DNA of 21,581 nt from a bacterium (GTDB lineage: Bacteria > SZUA-182 > DTGQ01), in NCBI GenBank assembly GCA_040752695.1, contig JBFMGO010000104.1:1-21581 (forward strand). The letters are read 5' to 3'. Below are positions 17,814 to 21,581 of the stretch, piece after piece (position 1 is the first letter of the stretch; each line of letters opens with the position of its first letter). The translations under genes and the position numbers were made by a program. The notes beneath the pieces are model-generated. The model was not told the DNA's origin. It was given only the letters and a program-made list of their open reading frames with translations, and ran no database searches.

Positions 17814-18929
17814 TCATGACGCTCCGGACAAAATCTGTCGGTATAAGTTAGCGTAGCCTTTAACCATCTTGGAAAGGTCAAATTGTCGAGCCCTCTCAAT
17901 AGCATGAGCACCCATAGCCTTTACTTTCCCGGGATTGCGCAGAAGATCAGTCAATACATCAGCTAATGCGTGTGGATCACAAGGGGGAACTACTATGCCG
18001 CTAACGCCATCCTCAACTAACTCTTGTGCGCCTGTCCCATGGGGCACGATTACTGCACACCCGGCAGCCATAGCTTCAAGCAAGGCCAGTCCAAATCCCT
18101 CCCAGGGATAAGTGTCAACATATATACCAGATGACCAAAGAGCTGGTCGCGCATCTGACAGCCAGCCGGGGAAATTCACTATCGACTTGATCCCTAAGGC
18201 CAGACTCTTACTTTCCAGCTTAGCCCTCTCGATCCCATCGCCCACAATCCTGAGCATAGATACCGTCCCGCTAGCCAGAAGAGCCACAGCTTCCAATAAC
18301 ACACCAAACGCTCTTTCCGGTACCAGCCTGCCAACACTAACAATAGAGTTGTAATCTCTTTGTGTGCCTGCTGGCGGCTGCAAATATGCAACTTCAATCC
18401 CATTATAGATCACGAAAATTCGATCTAAATGCCAATGCAAAAAATCCGCCCAAAACTGGGCAACTGTCCTCGATATAGCAACGAAATGAAACCTACGTTG
18501 AAGAGGAATAGTTTCCAAAACGCGCCCGACGATTTTTTTATGGTCCCATGACCAATTCCAGGGTAATGGATCATGCAAAGTCTTTACAACTGGCATAGGC
18601 CGTCCGATAGTGGCGAGTCTGAGCACCATGTCCACTAATAAGTTATTTGAGTGCACTAAGTCAAACCGCTCCTCTTTCAATAAAGACCGAAGATTTGCAA
18701 CTACTGCCAGCAAACCTCTGCCTACTCGTTTACCTAATGGAGGAAGCAGATTGTAACCTTCGTTAGAGCAAAATCTCAATAATTCTTGAGGTTGCTCATA
18801 CAAGCACATCAACGAGACATCAAATTCTCCTGCCAGCCCCTTGGCCAGACTTCTGGTCATACGTTCACACCCGCCGCCGTCAAGCCCAGGAGTGAGGATC
18901 AGGATTCGAAACTTCCGAGCACTCATCAT
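17814..18929 (-). CDS. GT4-family glycosyltransferase
   Basis: GGGCER, VIYNGI, SVGRL, VGDG and WEGFGLALLEAMAAG. ATGA overlap with the upstream gene. Confidence 0.93.
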   Translation of the reverse strand: MMSARKFRILILTPGLDGGGCERMTRSLAKGLAGEFDVSLMCLYEQPQELLRFCSNEGYNLLPPLGKRVGRGLLAVVANLRSLLKEERFDLVHSNNLLVDMVLRLATIGRPMPVVKTLHDPLPWNWSWDHKKIVGRVLETIPLQRRFHFVAISRTVAQFWADFLHWHLDRIFVIYNGIEVAYLQPPAGTQRDYNSIVSVGRLVPERAFGVLLEAVALLASGTVSMLRIVGDGIERAKLESKSLALGIKSIVNFPGWLSDARPALWSSGIYVDTYPWEGFGLALLEAMAAGCAVIVPHGTGAQELVEDGVSGIVVPPCDPHALADVLTDLLRNPGKVKAMGAHAIERARQFDLSKMVKGYANLYRQILSGAS

Positions 18930-20119
18930 TTCTCCCTAAGCAGCCCTATAACTTGCCTAACATGCTGCTCCCAATTGAATCTAATGTGTGACTGAGTTGC
19001 ATTATGGACTCCTCCTCCCTTTCGCTCATTCGGCCTGAGGTCCAGGAAAGCCTTGAGCGCTTTACTGCAACCCTCAGCATCTGCCGAAGGCCAGTAAAAG
19101 GCCGAGAGTCCCTCAAGCACTTCTCGAGATGCAGTCTGTACTCCGGGCAAGCGACTGTCCGGTGCCATTAACCAAAGCCCGCAGGCTGCTGCCTCAATAA
19201 GCACTTGCCCCAACGATTCACGAAAGGAAGCTAAGATCAACGCATCAGAAGCTGCCATGTAGCGCTCCGGAGACTCAGTTGTACCTGTAAAACATACTAA
19301 TTCAGGGGCTATCCATCGGTATATCTCCCGACGGATCAATGCCTCCTGTGCTCCTCCACCGACTACAATCCAAAATGGCTTCTCATCGAGTCCAGCTATA
19401 GCTTCAGCTACGAGAGATAAATTTTTTTCCGGAACCATACGGCCTACACTGATCAAAACAACTTGCTCACTGCCCAGTCTAAGATTGGTACGGATGGTAG
19501 CCCGTGTGTGATCATCAGGATGGTAACGGCCCGTATCCACACCAGGAGGAATCACTGCTACCGAAAAATTCCTCCTGGTATGGACTTCTCTTAATTGATC
19601 AGCGAGTGATTGACTAAAGCATACGACTTTCAAGCTTCTTGTTAAAGCCTCTCCCTCAATTTTACTCAATCTAGCTAGTAATGATGGGAAAATTAACCAC
19701 CGCTGCGCAGCTACCTTGGGCTTCCACCAAGGTAAAGCTTTGAGATTATCCAGATAAATATGTTCAATCACACAGGCAGGGTGAAAAATCACAGGGGTTT
19801 TTGGCCAAGCTTCCGTTGCTGCCCAAGCTCCCACGGCATCTCTAGACCATACTATGTCATAAGAGCCATCAGCACCTAATTTACAAAGATTCTCGATAAT
19901 CGATTTCTGTAAGCGCTTGACTGCATGAGCTGTCCAGACATGGAAATGATGTGGAATCAGGTACCCATCAGGAATCGTTGGAGTACCAGTTGGCTCATAG
20001 CTGGCTACAGTAACTTCCCACCCAAGCCCAATCAGTGCTTGTCTAATTGCAATAATAGCCGAGCGAAGGCCTCCAAGTACACCCAAATGACTAGCCAATA
20101 GTAAACATCGTCGTGTCAT
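18926..20119 (-). CDS. GT4-family glycosyltransferase
   Basis: LGGL, VIPPGVDT, SVGRMVPEKN and SFRESLGQVLIEAAACG. Confidence 0.92.
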   Translation of the reverse strand: MTRRCLLLASHLGVLGGLRSAIIAIRQALIGLGWEVTVASYEPTGTPTIPDGYLIPHHFHVWTAHAVKRLQKSIIENLCKLGADGSYDIVWSRDAVGAWAATEAWPKTPVIFHPACVIEHIYLDNLKALPWWKPKVAAQRWLIFPSLLARLSKIEGEALTRSLKVVCFSQSLADQLREVHTRRNFSVAVIPPGVDTGRYHPDDHTRATIRTNLRLGSEQVVLISVGRMVPEKNLSLVAEAIAGLDEKPFWIVVGGGAQEALIRREIYRWIAPELVCFTGTTESPERYMAASDALILASFRESLGQVLIEAAACGLWLMAPDSRLPGVQTASREVLEGLSAFYWPSADAEGCSKALKAFLDLRPNERKGGGVHNATQSHIRFNWEQHVRQVIGLLREK

Positions 20120-20143
20120 TAAATTAACGCCCTGTACAAATTT

Positions 20144-20160
20144 TTCAGGAAATTCCTGAA
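20144..20160. other. Perfect 8-1-8 inverted repeat in the intergenic gap
   Basis: TTCAGGAA-A-TTCCTGAA; function unknown. Confidence 0.6.
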
Positions 20161-20172
20161 GACTGTAAAAAG

Positions 20173-21408
20173 CTACCTGTCACAGAAATGAGCCACACAT
20201 TCCACGACATATGCCTGCTGCTCTTTGCTTAGTTCGGGGTAGATGGGCAGGGCCACGGTATGTTTTGCCGCAGACTCCGACTCAGGGAAATCGCCTTCCC
20301 TGTAAGCCAGATCAAAGAAGCATTCCTGGAGGTGGAAGGGGACAGGGTAGTAGACTTCGGTGCCGATGCCTTTATCCTTCAGGAAGGCCCGCAGTTTATC
20401 GCGATCGTTCACCCGGATAACGTATTGATTGAAGATATGGTCGTATTCAAGGCCAGCATGTCGAGGGCTTTTAGTGCTTGTGTCTGTGCTGCCGGTTCCT
20501 GCCTTATAAACACGCTTTGGTGTTGTAACAAGGCCATCCGTCAGCATCCCTGCCTCTTGCATCAACCCGTCGTAATGGTCAGCATTCTTTTGTCTGGCCT
20601 TATGCCATTGGTTCAGGTAAGGGAGTTTGACTAAAAGGATGGCAGCCTGCATCGGATCGAGCCGGAAATTTCCGCCTATGATCTTGTGGTAGTATTTGGG
20701 CTTTCCGCCGTGTACGCGAAGGATGCGAAGCTTGTCGGCCAAAGCGTCATCCTGCGTGACCACCATTCCCCCATCGCCCATGCAGCCAAGGTTCTTGCTG
20801 GGGAAGAAGGAGAAGCAGCCCATCGCAGCCATGGTGCCTGCCTTACGGACGGTCCCGTCGGGCATGGGGTATTCCGCGCCTATGGCCTGGGCAGCATCCT
20901 CGATCACCGGAACGTTGTACTTTGCAGCCACGTCCAGTATTCCACTCATGTCGGCGCATTGTCCGTAGAGGTGAACAGGGATAATGGCCTTAACCCTGGA
21001 GACGGAAAATTTTCTCTTTGAAATATCACCTGTCACGCCTTTTTCCAGAGCCTCCCTCAAAAGGGCAGGATCGAGGTTATAGGTCACAGGATCGATATCA
21101 ACGAAGACAGGCTGGGCATGCAGCCTGGCGATGACTCCGGCTGTAGCGAAAAAGGAATAGGGCGTCGTGATTACCACATCTCCCGGCCCGACGCCGAGGG
21201 CCATTAAGGATATGAGCAGAGCGTCGGTTCCTGAAGTGACGCCTACGGCGTGTTTGGCATTGCAGTAGGCAGCGATGCGCTCCTCGAGTTCCGCAACCTT
21301 GGGACCCATGATATATTGGGTTGAATCCACGACCTCGGTGATGGCTTTCAGGATATCGTCTCTGAGAGGGGCAAGCTGCGCTTTTATATCTAAGAGCGGA
21401 ACATTCAT
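20173..21408 (-). CDS. DegT/DnrJ/EryC1/StrS PLP-dependent sugar aminotransferase (WbpE/FdtB-like)
   Basis: VPLLDIK, SGTDAL, IIPVHLYGQCADM, EDAAQAIGA, SFFPSKNLGCMGDGGM, NFRLDPMQAAIL and LPIYPEL. AAGGAG lies at 21418-21423. Confidence 0.95.
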   Translation of the reverse strand: MNVPLLDIKAQLAPLRDDILKAITEVVDSTQYIMGPKVAELEERIAAYCNAKHAVGVTSGTDALLISLMALGVGPGDVVITTPYSFFATAGVIARLHAQPVFVDIDPVTYNLDPALLREALEKGVTGDISKRKFSVSRVKAIIPVHLYGQCADMSGILDVAAKYNVPVIEDAAQAIGAEYPMPDGTVRKAGTMAAMGCFSFFPSKNLGCMGDGGMVVTQDDALADKLRILRVHGGKPKYYHKIIGGNFRLDPMQAAILLVKLPYLNQWHKARQKNADHYDGLMQEAGMLTDGLVTTPKRVYKAGTGSTDTSTKSPRHAGLEYDHIFNQYVIRVNDRDKLRAFLKDKGIGTEVYYPVPFHLQECFFDLAYREGDFPESESAAKHTVALPIYPELSKEQQAYVVECVAHFCDR

Positions 21409-21433
21409 TTTGAATTACTCCTTCCCTTATGTA

Positions 21434-21520
21434 TTACGAATTACGGATTATACAAATCCATACAAATTTATACAGATTAATACAAATTGATATGGATTTA
21501 TACGGATTTATACGGATTAC
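21434..21520. repeat. Degenerate 10-bp-period tandem array (~8 units, consensus TACRRATTTA) upstream of the aminotransferase
   Basis: tacggatta, tacaaatcca, tacaaattta, tacagattaa, tacaaattga, tatggattta, tacggattta, tacggattac; preceded by ttacgaa. Confidence 0.85.
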
Positions 21521-21581
21521 AGGAGGGATATGGCGCTATGGGAACGGAAACGGTTATTCGGGGTATGCAAAAACTCTCGCC

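Noticed and set aside
436..21490. Remaining short ORFs in the track overlapping the main genes
   Set aside because: Antisense or alternate-frame overlaps of well-supported genes, with no recognisable motifs.
21521..21581. Possible divergent gene start (AGGAGG then ATG at 21530 or 21538), or 3' end of an upstream minus-strand gene
   Set aside because: Too little sequence before the window edge to decide; no recognisable protein motif.

Overview
Almost the whole window (454-21408) is one minus-strand, Wzx/Wzy-type surface-polysaccharide gene cluster of a probably Gram-negative bacterium. In transcription order it encodes: a DegT/WbpE-like aminotransferase, two GT4 glycosyltransferases, a Wzy-like polymerase, a Wzx flippase, a left-handed beta-helix acyltransferase, a CapK/PaaK-like adenylating enzyme, an uncharacterised (alpha/alpha)-barrel-like protein, two more GT4s, a GNAT, a WbgX-WbgY-WbgZ(PglF/CapD)-like initiating-sugar module, and an O-antigen-ligase-family/TPR protein. 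A decayed IS982-family transposase fragment faces the cluster at the left edge. The most unusual aspect is dense tandem-repeat expansion in the flanking parts of the cluster. It includes a ~180-aa Ser-rich repeat inserted in frame inside the catalytic domain of the PglF/CapD dehydratase, a ~150-aa mosaic repeat splitting a TPR-like unit of the ligase, a triplicated stop-RBS-start junction, a duplicated terminator-like element, a duplicated RBS and a 10-bp-period array. Coding repeats all have unit lengths divisible by 3, whereas most intergenic ones do not. All family assignments come from motifs recognised by eye; no searches were run.
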